Source: Zootoca vivipara
Taxonomy: Eukaryota
Direction of reading: 5' to 3'
Assembly: GCF_963506605.1 (NCBI RefSeq)
Contig: NC_083283.1
Location: 24,614,001 to 24,678,000 of the forward strand
DNA: 64,000 nucleotides
Within the stretch, counting starts at the first letter, position 1. Every line of letters starts with the position of its first letter. A program made the position numbers and the translations under genes. Of the stretch, positions 40,101 to 49,892 are shown piece by piece. The notes beneath the pieces were generated by a model that saw only the letters and a list, made by a program, of their open reading frames with translations, was not told the origin of the DNA and ran no database searches.

Positions 40101-41575
40101 TGGCCAAGCCAGGTGCTACCTTCCATCCAGCATGCATGAAGCCTTTCAACTCAGATTGTGGAGTTGAATATTTAGAAACAAAGGCAATTCACAAATGGCT
40201 TAGTTGTTGTGCTTTTTCTTTAGGAAATTACAGTCGCCGTGAAGGAGCTAGAGGATCAAGCTGGAGTGCACAGAGTTCTCCGCGAGGCACCTACAATGAA
40301 AGCAGAGGCGGCCAAAGCAACTTCAACAGGGGCCCACTTCCACCTCTAAGGCCGTTAAGTTCAGCAGGTTTGTGGTTTCCCTCCCTTCACAATACTTTGT
40401 TGAAATTAAATGCACAATCAGTTCAACCAGTGGTATTTTTCTTCAGTTTTGATTTATGGCACTTATCTCCTTCCTTTCTGCTTTACATAAAGCACCAAAA
40501 GACACCTTATAAAATAAGTAGAAAATAATAGCATGGCTAAATGCAAACTCAAGAGACTGGATCCTCAGACAAAAATGTCACTTTAAAAAGTTGGTCAACA
40601 ATGATGGGAGTTGTAGCAATATTTAGAGGGTCACAGGTTCCCTGTTCCTGCTTTATTGCATTTATATACTTTCTGTTTGCCAAGGCATCTAGCATGGTTT
40701 ACAATTTAAAACACTAAAATGAAAGCAAAATAAACAGTTCAAAATACAGATTTTTTTTTGGGGGGGGGGAAGAGTTTCAGGCTGCTGATGTCCCTTCATG
40801 AGCTAATGACCCGATCTCCTTTGCATGAGCTTCTTTTGATTCTGGGGTTGATCCACTGAAGGACAATTTTCATGTCTTACCGTACTTGCCGATAGTTGAA
40901 ACTAATGCATCATAAATAAGTGTACATGAAGAATACAAAAAGGAAGGTTGTGTTGTTCATTTTGATCTATGATCTGCATTCCTAGCAATATTAAATATAT
41001 CACATATTTTCAGCCTGATTTTATTATAGAACCAGAGATGGAAGGGAACCTGAGGGTCATTTATGCAGGAATCTCAGCTAAAGTGTCCATGACAGATGGT
41101 CATCCAACCATAATGGGGCTTGCTCAGTAGTAAGCCTCAATTAGTGAAGCTTAAATGAAACTAGGTGTGCTTAGGATTCTAGCATTAATAAGTTTGCCTC
41201 GGTGTCTGTTGTATAATAGGCAAAAAACCTGGTTGTTATGATGGCACAGATTTCTATACAGTGCTGGTTAAATGTATATTAAGTTGTGCTGTATAAATCA
41301 TAGGTTGGAGGCTGTTTTTAGAGGCCGCAGTAAAGTTGCAATGCATAATTCAGCCCTTATTTATATCCCAGTAGCAATCATCACTGTACTGTTACCACTT
41401 ATCTCTCTTTTTTTAAGGCTACCGGCCAAGTCCTCGTGATCGTGCTTCCAGAGGCCGTGGTGGAATTGGGCCATCTTGGGCAAGCACAAATAGCGGCAGT
41501 AGTGGTGGCTCAAGAGGAAAGTTTGTTGGCGGAGGCAGCGGAAGAGGGCGTCATGTCCGCTCTTTTACTCGATAA
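12283..41575 (+). CDS. VIRMA: Protein virilizer homolog (m6A writer complex scaffold, KIAA1429), complete 24-exon CDS, 5475 nt / 1824 aa
   Basis: All 24 exons located with GT-AG boundaries and continuous frame, from MAADTTTELLFLDTFKHQSTE to GRGRHVRSFTR-TAA. Matches human VIRMA as recalled (VIR_N domain, poly-Pro, acidic tract, helical repeats, RGG-rich tail). Confidence 0.98.
15400..15515 (+). CDS. VIRMA: VIRMA exon 2
   Basis: QSSNVDVVRFPCVVYINEVRVIPPGVRAH; tag|CAA, GG|GTAAG. Confidence 0.95.
17021..17107 (+). CDS. VIRMA: VIRMA exon 3
   Basis: ETSPHTFQLDLFFNNVSKPSAPVFDRLG. Confidence 0.95.
17400..17448 (+). CDS. VIRMA: VIRMA exon 4
   Basis: LEYDENSSIIFRPNAK. Confidence 0.95.
17500..17900 (+). 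mobile_element. Old L2 LINE fragment
   Basis: Degenerate LVQNxxAR...H...VL...QFRVLVVT motif, same region as the L2 ORF at 52179. Confidence 0.6.
18314..18464. mobile_element. Penelope-like element terminus with inverted duplication and 9-bp TSD
   Basis: ctactgtaa at 18305-18313 and 18465-18473; internal ~49-bp inverted repeat; ...taaggtgct...cagaccaacacggctacc terminus resembles squamate Penelope ends as recalled. Confidence 0.65.
18608..18776 (+). CDS. VIRMA: VIRMA exon 5
   Basis: VNTDGLVLRGWYNCLTLAIYG...poly-Pro. Confidence 0.95.
19066..19188 (+). CDS. VIRMA: VIRMA exon 6
   Basis: DGEKEDQFNGSPPRPQPRGPRTPPGPPPPDDDED. Confidence 0.95.
19620..19916 (+). CDS. VIRMA: VIRMA exon 7 (acidic tract)
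   Basis: HREDYFEPISPDR then E/D-rich run; G|GTAGG. Confidence 0.92.
21322..22471 (+). CDS. VIRMA: VIRMA exon 8 (1150 nt)
   Basis: GDDGYEQISSDEDG...DPFPVLFR; within ORF 21252..22475. Confidence 0.97.
23027..23518 (+). CDS. VIRMA: VIRMA exon 9
   Basis: YLHNHNFLESVTLLLS...YSKEALG. Confidence 0.95.
24755..24909 (+). CDS. VIRMA: VIRMA exon 10
   Basis: DSKSKKSVAYNYACIL...NTKLQ. Confidence 0.95.
25240..25415. mobile_element. Tc2/pogo-like DNA transposon remnant
   Basis: Repeated gggggtcrtcttatacgcc subterminal motifs. Confidence 0.55.
26707..26789 (+). CDS. VIRMA: VIRMA exon 11
   Basis: LGKWLEPLKTLRFEINCIPNLIEYIKQ. Confidence 0.95.
26921..27056. mobile_element. Palindromic MITE
   Basis: TIR aggcataggcaaact / agtttgcctatgcct with long internal inverted arms. 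Confidence 0.75.
27825..27918 (+). CDS. VIRMA: VIRMA exon 12
   Basis: NIDSLMTQEGVGLPTALRVLCHIACPPPPVE. Confidence 0.94.
27944..28580 (+). mobile_element. Probable non-autonomous Helitron
   Basis: 5' TC + (TA)n/(CA)n; 3' hairpin GCCAC-agcaacgc-GTGGC then CCAG|T (variant of the CTAG terminus); no TIR or TSD. Confidence 0.55.
28904..29448 (+). CDS. VIRMA: VIRMA exon 13
   Basis: QQKDLKWNLAVIQ...LPLPLPMQTTQ. Confidence 0.96.
29923..30158 (+). CDS. VIRMA: VIRMA exon 14
   Basis: VIEPHDISVALNTRKLWSMHLHVQ...VEDLQ. Confidence 0.95.
30698..30923. mobile_element. TcMar/Tigger-like MITE
   Basis: TA|cagtggtacctcggg ... ccgaagtagcactg|TA. Confidence 0.8.
30966..31167. other. Assembly gap (202 N) in VIRMA intron 14
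   Basis: N run; flanking exons are frame-compatible, so no missing exon is required. Confidence 0.99.
31252..31504 (+). CDS. VIRMA: VIRMA exon 15
   Basis: NPEDKEKQYTGQTARLLALLDALASH...SLCDQ. Confidence 0.94.
32385..32640. mobile_element. hAT-like MITE, reverse copy of the 46321 family
   Basis: Shares ccccacaaataacccagagatgcattttaaataaaaggacacattctac with the revcomp of 46424-46544. Confidence 0.7.
32854..33071 (+). CDS. VIRMA: VIRMA exon 16
   Basis: DIALVLPSS...EHDYGFYHLK. Confidence 0.95.
33753..33885 (+). CDS. VIRMA: VIRMA exon 17
   Basis: SLRKHCGALHTGLKRVVSSF...RQILNSDTL. Confidence 0.93.
34144..34182. repeat. (AC)n microsatellite
   Basis: Direct reading. Confidence 0.95.
34475..34627 (+). 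CDS. VIRMA: VIRMA exon 18
   Basis: GCCGDDGSLAEVDGAHP...ELEKLVL. Confidence 0.93.
34937..34990 (-). mobile_element. BovB LINE extreme 3' end
   Basis: (ttg)n-tttagtcgtgtccgactcttcgtgaccccatggac. Confidence 0.7.
35031..35388 (+). mobile_element. Sauria SINE, full length
   Basis: gggacgcaggtggcgctgtgggttaaacc head, gtgcaagtagataaataggtac core, cctttacc-type tail; homologous to 44050 and 55102 copies. Confidence 0.88.
35909..36069 (+). CDS. VIRMA: VIRMA exon 19
   Basis: ERSKEDDSLESLLDNVVGL...HLFNNR. Confidence 0.94.
36927..37023 (+). CDS. VIRMA: VIRMA exon 20
   Basis: TAYILADVMDDQLKSMWFSPFQAEEIETDPDM. Confidence 0.94.
37269..37435 (+). CDS. VIRMA: VIRMA exon 21
   Basis: VKVDLIELSEK...KHKHETFITS. 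Confidence 0.94.
39250..39581 (+). CDS. VIRMA: VIRMA exon 22
   Basis: GKSEYIEPAKRAH...FRQRKQNTSRPPSMHVDDF...PPASK. Confidence 0.95.
39733..39881 (-). mobile_element. tRNA(Ile)-like head + CR1 3' tail SINE
   Basis: Revcomp agctcaactggttagcatggtgctgataacgccaaggttgc...ttcaatccctgta then CR1 tail. Confidence 0.65.
40224..40367 (+). CDS. VIRMA: VIRMA exon 23
   Basis: NYSRREGARGSSWSAQ...PLRPLSSA. Confidence 0.94.
41418..41575 (+). CDS. VIRMA: VIRMA exon 24 (terminal, stop TAA)
   Basis: YRPSPRDRASRGRGG...RHVRSFTR*. Confidence 0.95.
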
Positions 41576-41745
41576 ACACACCATTGCACCATTGAGAACA
41601 TTATGACTGTGAACATTTCAAGATGGCAAATTGCTTAAGTGCTTGAGGACCAATGCTAGACTTACTGGTATCGGGGGGGGGGCAGAAAGACTTTTTTTTG
41701 GTTTGGAAAAAATCCCATTTTGTTTGATACAAGATCTGAGATTTC

Positions 41746-41785
41746 AATAAAACTGTTTTTTTGTGTTATTGTGTGTGTTTACAGT
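41746..41785 (+). terminator. Candidate VIRMA polyadenylation signal
   Basis: AATAAA 41746-41751 followed by a T/GT-rich downstream element. Confidence 0.6.
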
Positions 41786-42088
41786 TGCCTATGCTTTTAT
41801 GGCACTTATGCCAGAAGTACAAGTTTAGATTGGGTTTTAACAGTCTTGCAACATACCCGGTAGCTTTCATTTAGGGTAAGTAGCAACAGCCATTCCAAGG
41901 CAACAGTGTTTTATTTAACAGTTTATATACCACTTGATCATAAAACAACCACCTCTAAGCTGTTGACAAAAATATAAAGTAAAACAGGTATTTAAAAAGC
42001 ATTTGTTAAAAAATGATTAAAATCAACAGTCACTGAAGAGGGATACGTCACATGTGACTTCTACTTGCTTCTATGAAAATGTTTAATA

Positions 42089-42710
42089 CCCTGTTTCCCC
42101 TTTTTTAATACGTAGTCGTAAAGTAAGCCATGGCAGAGTTTTTAAGCATTTGAGAAGTATAAGACATACCCCGAAAATAAGGCATACTTCCGCGCTGCGG
42201 AAACCAACCCCCACAGGCACCTCCACTCACAGAGTCACTCCATGCGGCCGGCACTGCAGGAGTGCGATCAGCTGTGAAGTGGTGCTCCAAGAGCTCCGCT
42301 TAACAGCTGATCGCGCTCTCGCCTTGCTGGCTGCATTCCCGCGCTCCACCTTCTCGTCCACAGTCATCCCTGCCGCTTCCATGCTTGCCGCCACCACTGG
42401 GCTCACTGCTTCTTCCTTGCCTGGCCCGGCCAAGGAGCTTGGAGCGCCCTGCAGTGGCAGGCGGAGCGCCTGAGCCAGCGGCCTCCGCCTGGCCCGGCCA
42501 AGGACTCCTGCAGCCCCGCCACTCAGAACCGGTGGCTGCTGCAGCGCCGAGCACTCAAGAGAGCCCAGCAGTGCCCTGAGCCAGTGCCCTGAGCCGTAAA
42601 AACCGTACCAGTAATAAAAAAAATAAGACATCCCACCGAAAGTAAGCCACCCTGTGTTTTTTTGAGGAAAAAAAGTTATAAGACGGTGTCTTAAAAAGGG
42701 GGAAACACGG
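42089..42710. mobile_element. Tc2/pogo-like non-autonomous DNA transposon with GC-rich core
   Basis: TA|ccctgtttccccttttttaa ... ttaaaaagggggaaacacgg|TA (~20-bp imperfect TIR, TA TSD); ataagac subterminal repeats. Confidence 0.75.
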
Positions 42711-42916
42711 TAGTGGAGCCATGCATGTAGCTGCCTGAGTAGCAGTTGTTTTCCTTTGCATGAATTTGAAATAATTTGATAGCTCACATTTCCATCTCTG
42801 AGTATAGTGTGCACTTTTACAAAATATCTGAGTCCTTAACTTCAATAATACATAATCTAAGCTTTCACTTCTATATATACATAAACCCACACGCAACACG
42901 CACATGTTATATTAGC

Positions 42917-42922
42917 TTTATT
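42917..42922 (-). terminator. Candidate polyA signal of the RNF41/151-like gene
   Basis: AATAAA on the minus strand (plus-strand tttatt) about 870 nt past the stop. Confidence 0.3.
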
Positions 42923-43167
42923 AGGTCAATTCATGTCGTAGGACACCATAGCCAATGGTATGGGTCAGCTGACACAAGCAGGAGCAAAGGTTTGTGGGAA
43001 GTTGGTCCATTTCCCTCAGGTTTTTTTCCTGCCTGATGCAGCAGTACGTTCCTCCTTGGCTCTCCTGGCTTAAGCCAAGTTTCATTAGATTCCTTCATTT
43101 TTCTATTTGCTTCTTTTTTGTTTCTTTTCCTGAGTACACATAACTTTGTTCTCTCTCCCCCCTTCAG

Positions 43168-43168
43168 A

Positions 43169-43215
<47 letters not shown>

Positions 43216-43640
43216 CTAAGAGTAAAACTAAAAAATAGTAAAACCACAAGACAGGAATTTAATGACTCAAAAAATAATTGAAATAAACAACTAAGCTAAA
43301 AACAGATCAAAATATTAACTTCTTCATGTCTGGATAAACTTGCCTGAACAAAAATGTTTTAGCAGACACTGGAAAAAGTGCAGTGAAGGTGCTTGCCTGA
43401 TGTCAATAGGCATGGAGTTCCAAGTGTGGGTGCTGCCATGCAAAAAATATCTATTTTTTACAAGTGTGGTGCACCTGTAATAGTGCCAGTGCTGCAGATT
43501 GAACTGACTGAATAGAAATATACGGGGGTAAGGCAATTCCTGAAGTAAACTGTTCCTAAGTGTTAAGGGCTTTATATACTAATGCTAACAGCTTGAAGTT
43601 GGTTCGGTAACAAACCTGTAAGCAGTGCAGATTTCTGGGC
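43168..43640 (-). mobile_element. Old L2 3' fragment with (TAT)n microsatellite
   Basis: WNSMPIDIRQAPSL is an L2 ORF2 C-terminal motif; (TAT)n 43168-43214. Confidence 0.6.
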
Positions 43641-43788
43641 GGTGTTGTCTGCCGACAGAATCTCATTGCTGTCAACAGGTGGACTGCAGCATTCGGTACT
43701 AATTGTCAGCTGCCAGATCCAGCAAAAGGAAGCACCACATAAAGCAGACTGCAGTGATCCAATCTTAAATAACAGTCGCCTCTGGCTT

Positions 43789-43995
43789 TCACTTCTTGCT
43801 TTCCAGTTGGGGCAGAGGTCGAACGTGTGTTGCTTTCCTGCTTCCATCCCTAGTCAACCGACAGTCTTCCTGGAGAGTCTTCACTAACTCCAGTAATTCT
43901 AGCTTTTCAAGCTGTGCCTGCTCCAGTTCTTGGTGATGCTGCCTCTCTCTTGCCAGCAGAGTACGTATGTCAGACATCATCCTGGACACCTGGCT
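43789..43995 (-). CDS. RNF41/151-like terminal coding exon
   Basis: SQVSRMMSDIRTLLARERQHHQELEQAQLEKLELLELVK...LESKK-TGA. Confidence 0.87.
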   Translation of the reverse strand, partial: SQVSRMMSDIRTLLARERQHHQELEQAQLEKLELLELVKTLQEDCRLTRDGSRKATHVRPLPQLESKK

Positions 43996-46900
43996 CTGAA
44001 AAGTGTAAGAGAGTTTTTCAAGTGTTGCACTGGGACTGCCTGTTAACAGTTAAAGGTAAAGGGACCCCTGACTGTTAGGTCCAGTCTCGGACGCAGCGCT
44101 CATCTCACTTTACTGGCCAAGGGAGCCGGCGTTTGTTTGCAGACAGCTTCCGGGTCATGTGGCCAGCATGACTAAGCCGCTTCTGGCGAACCAGAGCAGC
44201 ACACAGAAACGCCGTTTACCTTCCCGCCTTTACCTTATCTACTTGCACTTGATGTGCTTTTGAGCTGCTAGGTTGGCAGGAGCAGGGACTGAGCAACGGA
44301 AACTCACCCCATTGCGGGGATTCAAACCATGACCTTCTGATCGGCAAGCTCTAGGCTCTGTGGTTTAGACCACAGCGCCACCCGTGTCCCCTATTAACAG
44401 TTAGATGCTCACAATTTCCTATCACATTTGTTTCTTCCCCTTCCTCCAAGGACCTCAGAGTAGCATACAGATAACAGAGCCTAGATTTCATGGATCTGCC
44501 CCTTTTCAGGTATCCAGACTGCTGCAAAACAGATCTGTTTCTGCCCACTTTCCAAGGCAAGAGAGAGGCTGCATCGTCCTGGAATGACTTGGGCCCAGGC
44601 CCAAATGCTTCTGTACCCAGAATTTAAGGTAAAACTAAATGTGCATGGGCATTCTGAGGGCTATTGCAATGATTGTGCTCTCCCTGTTATCCCAGTACAG
44701 TCATACCTCGGTTTAAGTACGTTTCGGTTTGAGTACTTTCAGTTTAAGTACTCCGCGGACTTGTCTGGAATGGATTAATCCACCTTCCATTACTTTCAAT
44801 GGGAAAGTTCGCTTCAGGTTAAGTACAGACTTCTGGAACCAATTGTGTACTTAAACCGAGGTACCACTGTAAATTTGGGAAAAGAGAACTCTCAGCAGGT
44901 GGGGGATGTGTGGTAGGGAAGACTCTTCTAAGCCAACTTGGAAGTAGTCTGATTTTTATTAATGGTCCATCTCCAAATTAATATATTAATGGGACTGGAG
45001 GAAGTTTGCCAGTCACCAATAGCAATGCTTCCTTGCTTATGTGAATTGTAGTTAAAATACCTGCTGCTGAAACCATTGGTTCTAAAATAAATGCTGTAGG
45101 TGAGACTTCCCCAATTTGATGCTTCCCAGCTGTTGTTGGACTTCAACTCCCATCAGCCCCAGCTGGCCTGGTCAATGAGCAAGGATGATGGGAATTGTAG
45201 TCCAAATGTGTCTACCCCCTGGAAACTGAAAAAGAGTACAGCAGGGAATAAAGCTGTCAGGAAAACCAATTCACCAGAGGTAACATTTTAAGGGAGGGAG
45301 ATGACCTCATAGCTAATGGCAATACAATTTGTTTACCTTTAGCTCTTCAATCTGATTTTGCAAAAGACTCTCTTTTTGCACCATATGCTTCCTTTGAGAA
45401 TCTAGTCGAGATTCCATCTCATGTTTTGCCTCTTCCATCCGGCAGATCATCTCTGACCTTAAAAAAAAAAGGAAAAGAGAGCACTTTCCGTTACTCAGCC
45501 TATCTGTCTTTAATCTGAATATACAGGAAACTCAAAAATTATGCACATTCAGTTTTATGTGCTTGGCAAGAATTTTTTTAAAAGAGGGTGAATATCTGGA
45601 AAAAAAGACTTTGGCAATCCCTCCCTCCCGCCCTTGTCCTGTCCTGTTCATTCTGCTTTAATTTTGAGAAGGATCGCTTGGACTGAAACAAACAATATTC
45701 ACTTGTTCACACGTACGCTAAGCCAATACTCTGGTTTGTATCCTCTTGGGAGGAGGGCAGCAGGTGCAGCGGAAGAATGTGCACCAGCAAATTGATCATT
45801 CACAAAAAGCGATGGTTTGTTTTAGACCAGGACTTACCATTATATGTGAACAGGGCCACTAATGACCAAAACAGGAAGTAGTGTTTAATCCATCAGTTTT
45901 GCACTAATAATTCTGTAAGTCACAAACAATATCTTTTTTTTATCTTCCATCTGTTTTATGCAATATCTGCATCTTCCTTCGGCCCAAGATAAACATCTCA
46001 TTTTAACAGCCCCAGCTTCACTCACATAGGCATTTCTCATAAGCTAGTACTGCCAAAGAAGCTTTTCATTTATGACTAAGGTAGGTTTGAGGTTACCACC
46101 AAGCAGGGCACAAGCTTATGTTACACAAAAAAGATGTCAACAAATCTTTTATTTCAATCAAATCAGGATGATAGAATACCAGTGTAATTTGAGTGGGAAA
46201 ATAGGAGGAAGGGGTGGTGATGGCAATAGAAGCAATTTGCCAAGCTACCAAACTGGATTCCTGAGCACCCAGGAAATTGCAGCAGTATCAAAGAACGGTC
46301 CCCTTGTGCATGTTATAGAGCAGGGGTAGGCAACCTAAGGCCCGTGGGATGGATGCAGCCCAATCGCCTTCTCAATCCGGCCCGCAGACGATCTGGGAAT
46401 CGGCGTGTTTTTACATGAGTACCGTAGAATGTGTCCTTTTATTTAAAATGCATCTCTGGGTTATTTGTGGGGCCTGCCTGCTGTTTTTACATGAGTAGAA
46501 TGTGTCCTTTTATTTAAAATGCATCTCTGGGTTATTTGTGGGGCGTAGGAATTCATTCATATATTTTTTTTCAAAATATAGTCCAGCCCACCACATGGTC
46601 TGAGGGACGGTGGACTGACCCACGGCTGAAAAGCATTGCTCACCCCTGTTTTAGAGAGATGGACAAAATATTTAGGTGTCAGTTCATGCTTTATGATCAC
46701 CCAAGGTAAGGGGAAGAATACAGGTAGCTTTACCTGAGCAGTTCTAGTTCCGTTCTCAGCTCTGCCACACAGTTATGTTGTGCATCATCAGCACTGAGCA
46801 TGGCATACCCACAACCTTTGGGGCACTCGCGGCTCCTGTATTCGCACACTGCCAAGTGGCTGTCTAGGTTACGTCTTTCAACCCGAGCTGGGCAACCTGA

Positions 46901-49892
46901 TTGGAAAGCAGAAGATTGGAGGAAGTGCACCAGAGAGAGACAGAGAATTACTTCATTTCCCCCACCATCTTCTGACTTGGAGACAACGATAGATTGCACC
47001 CCAGAGAGGTCACTTCAGAGCTGCTAATGCAGCAAAAACAATGTGGAAGGCAGCAGTGACAAGCTACTGGTTTCTGATTCTCTGTGATTGTCCAGCAGTT
47101 TGACTTACCCCCCTAGAGGCACACTCCATTGTCTCTCAAGACAGAAGGATGCTAACAACAGCACCACCACTCTTGAGGAATCTAGGTTAGTGTTTCCTAA
47201 TGTGCGTAGGTGCAAGGATTCTCCAAAGTGGCACTAGCACATCAGCTGCCTTTCAGTTCCCCAAACACCAACACTGAATCCATACTTTGCTTTGGCTAGT
47301 GTTGGCAACAGGTAGAAATGGAACAGGAAGGGGTGTTCACACAGGAAAAGAAACAGAGAAGGCCCACTCTGCAACAGCCACTAACTCTGGGAATTACCTT
47401 CAGTCGAGATTCCAGAACCGTGGGACTTGAGTTCAGTAGAAAACGGAGATCTACCATCTGTTTGCAAGATAACCATCTCTGCGTTCTACCTACCGCTATT
47501 TGAACAGGGGACCCGGCTGCATTCACACTCGCGTTCATGTCGGTCAATGGATTCCAGTGAACACACCATTTCACAGCCACACTCTCTGTTCCTGCAGTGA
47601 ATCTGGAGTCGATTGAGATCATTCTTCATGTATCTGGGTACAGAAGTTAATTATTTTTATTCTTGCAATATGTACTGCAAAATGGCTTCACGTGCTCCCC
47701 AGTTCTCTGAGTGGTAAGGCATTCCAGAGTCAGTGCTAACTGATTCAGTTTTCTTTGGATGAGGCCACATGGCAGATTAACCATGACTGCGTGGTATTTG
47801 GTTTCTTTGCAAGTATACAGGCAGAGCACAGGCGAAAGTAAACAGCAGATCCCCAGAAAGGCAACTTGCACTACAAGGCATTTCTAGCCTTGATGTTAAG
47901 AGCTTCCGCACTCTACCTTCTGCCTGTCCATCCCCTTAAACTGCTGCACTAACTTCCATACATTACACCAGCCACCCTCCTCAGCTGGGCTGTGGTGTCA
48001 CCCTCCTTACTCCTAACATTCTGGAGAAATATCTGTATCAAGAAGCTATCTTCTAACAATTAGATCCCATAGAAAGACACTGTGAGCCATTAACCATAAC
48101 ATCCTTTCCTCAAAACTTAAGACTATGATCAGCCATTGATTTAAGGCAGGGGTGGGGGATCACAGGTCTGATCACCGAATGTGACTCTTCAGACCTACCT
48201 GGCTGTCATGATTTCTTCCCTGCTATACCCCTCACTGGCCCTGCTCACCACTGACACGTTGCCCCTGGAAGGTAACACCCCCTTGTCACAATTAAAATGC
48301 ACGCTTGCAGAAAGCTGGCAACCCTAATGAAGCAGAAGCACCATGACCAACTTGTGTTATTTGGCAACACAGTAAGTCAACACTTGTTTGTGATGTTTAT
48401 GTTTAAGATGTATTCATTCTTTATTACATGAAATACTTCAAAAACATGTATTGTGGGTATTGCCACTTATGCTGTCCTATCCTTTTGTTTTTCAAAAGTT
48501 GTGCTTTTAAAACCTTACCTGTTAGTAGGTTAATGAAGCTTTAAGCAGTTTGTTCCAACCTTGAGAAAAGGAATTTGGTGAAGTCAAGAATTTTCCTAGC
48601 GACTGCACANNNNNNNNNNNNNNNNNNNNNNNNNNNNNNNNNNNNNNNNNNNNNNNNNNNNNNNNNNNNNNNNNNNNNNNNNNNNNNNNNNNNNNNNNNN
48701 NNNNNNNNNNNNNNNNNNNNNNNNNNNNNNNNNNNNNNNNNGCAGCAAGGTTAAAAGGGGTTCAATCTGAGGTGTGAATTCAGATCAAGCCGAAACTTTG
48801 TGATGCAAGCAATCTGGACTTTGCTACTTACTCTGCACCTATGTAATGGGATTATGTTTCCACGTACGAAAAGAGGACAATACAGTGGTAACCTCGGGTT
48901 GAGAACTTTGCCCCAGGGTGAGAACAGAAATCGCACGCCAGTGGCGCAGCGGCAGGCATTTGCGAAAGCGCACCTCAGGTTAAGAACAGTTTCAGGTTAA
49001 GAACGGGCCTCCAGAACGAATTAAGTTCGTAACCCGAGGTACCACTGTATGTATAGAGATATTTTTGATAACTGGAACTTGGCACTGGATCCTGTGGGAC
49101 AGAACATTCTTAACTATCCTGTGTTTCTATAAAAGCAGTTCCCTCTTTATTCAAATTCGGAAATGGCTACACAGTAAACTCCCAAAGAGGTAACGTGTCT
49201 GCAGCACATCCTTCTGCCTCACTCTTTTCCTATACATCTCTTTCCTTGCAGGAACATTTTCTCTTCAGAGTGAAATAGACCAAATCTAGGCTTACTAAGA
49301 CTAGTTAATTTCATTAATTTGCATGACATATGGGGTAGTAACTTTAGTATGGAAAACCAATCAAAAAGGATGCTCCATCCCTCAGCCTTACATTTGCATA
49401 TTTGCTCAAACTACTAAAACTGATAAAAGTGGAGGTTCTCTTTTGTTCTGGGTTCCTTCCTTGTTCTCCTGCATGAGGGGAAGGACCCTGTTGCAACAAC
49501 AACAACAAAAAAGGCTTTGTTTCTCAAAATTCTCTGGTTGGCCTCTGTTATATCTCCGACCGATGGAGAACCCAAATAGGGCTCTTGTGTACCCCATAAG
49601 GGAATAAGGGCAGATTTTTGCTTATATCATAGTGTAGGATTAGATTTTGTGACAGCTGCAAGTTGGACTCAGAAATAATTACGCACCTGTAAAGCGGTCG
49701 AAGGACAGACAGATCAAGCGGCTGACGATCTTCTGGGCAGTTGCTGTGATGAACAAGCCACCCATGTATGCAGGAAGTGCAGAAAGCATGTTCGCAAGGA
49801 GCCTGCAAGGGATCTTCCAACACATCTCGACAGATGCAGCACAGGAGCCCTTCATTCACGTAACCGACAAAGCGTTCAATATCATATCCCAT
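43789..49892 (-). CDS. RING finger E3 ubiquitin ligase, RNF41(NRDP1)/RNF151-like: RING-HC + two TRAF/SIAH-type zinc fingers + coiled coil, 278 aa
   Basis: Join complement(49687-49892, 47494-47633, 46734-46896, 45337-45457, 43789-43995); GT-AG, phases 2/1/2/0, no internal stops. N-terminus MGYDIERFVGYVNEGLLCCICRDVLEDPLQAPCEHAFCTSCIHGWLVHHSNCPEDR resembles RNF41 MGYDVTRFQGDVDEDLICPIC as recalled. Confidence 0.9.
44050..44392 (-). mobile_element. Sauria SINE
   Basis: Reverse-complement homology to 35031-35388. Confidence 0.85.
44698..44869. mobile_element. TcMar/Tigger-like MITE
   Basis: TA|cagtcatacctcggtttaagtac ... gtacttaaaccgaggtaccactg|TA. Confidence 0.85.
45337..45457 (-). CDS. RNF41/151-like coding exon 4 (coiled coil)
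   Basis: SEMICRMEEAKHEMESRLDSQRKHMVQKESLLQNQIEELK; tttaag|G, AAG|GTAAAC. Confidence 0.88.
46321..46648. mobile_element. hAT-like MITE with 8-bp TSD
   Basis: TIR caggggt..gcaa / ttgc..acccctg; TSD ttatagag / ttttagag; internal ~70-bp tandem duplication. Confidence 0.8.
46734..46896 (-). CDS. RNF41/151-like coding exon 3 (zinc finger)
   Basis: CPARVERRNLDSHLAVCEYRSRECPKGCGYAMLSADDAQHNCVAELRTELELL. Confidence 0.9.
47494..47633 (-). CDS. RNF41/151-like coding exon 2 (zinc finger; not in ORF track in this frame)
   Basis: YMKNDLNRLQIHCRNRECGCEMVCSLESIDRHERECECSRVPCSNS. Confidence 0.9.
48610..48741. other. Assembly gap (132 N)
   Basis: N run inside an intron of the RNF41/151-like gene. Confidence 0.99.
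48883..49047. mobile_element. TcMar/Tigger-like MITE
   Basis: TA|cagtggtaacctcgggtt ... aacccgaggtaccactg|TA. Confidence 0.82.
49687..49892 (-). CDS. RNF41/151-like first coding exon (RING)
   Basis: Acceptor ccatagcag| at 49911, ATG 49892, donor AG|GTGCGT. Confidence 0.92.

Noticed and set aside
42227-42814. 195-aa ORF
   Set aside because: Low-complexity Ala-rich product of a GC-rich transposon core, crosses the element boundary, no recognisable domain.
43789-43791. In-frame TGA as selenocysteine or canonical programmed readthrough
   Set aside because: Not a Cys-like context, no SECIS recognisable (the 3'UTR runs into an L2 remnant), and the context is TGA-AAG rather than TGA-CTAG; a nonsense substitution is simpler.
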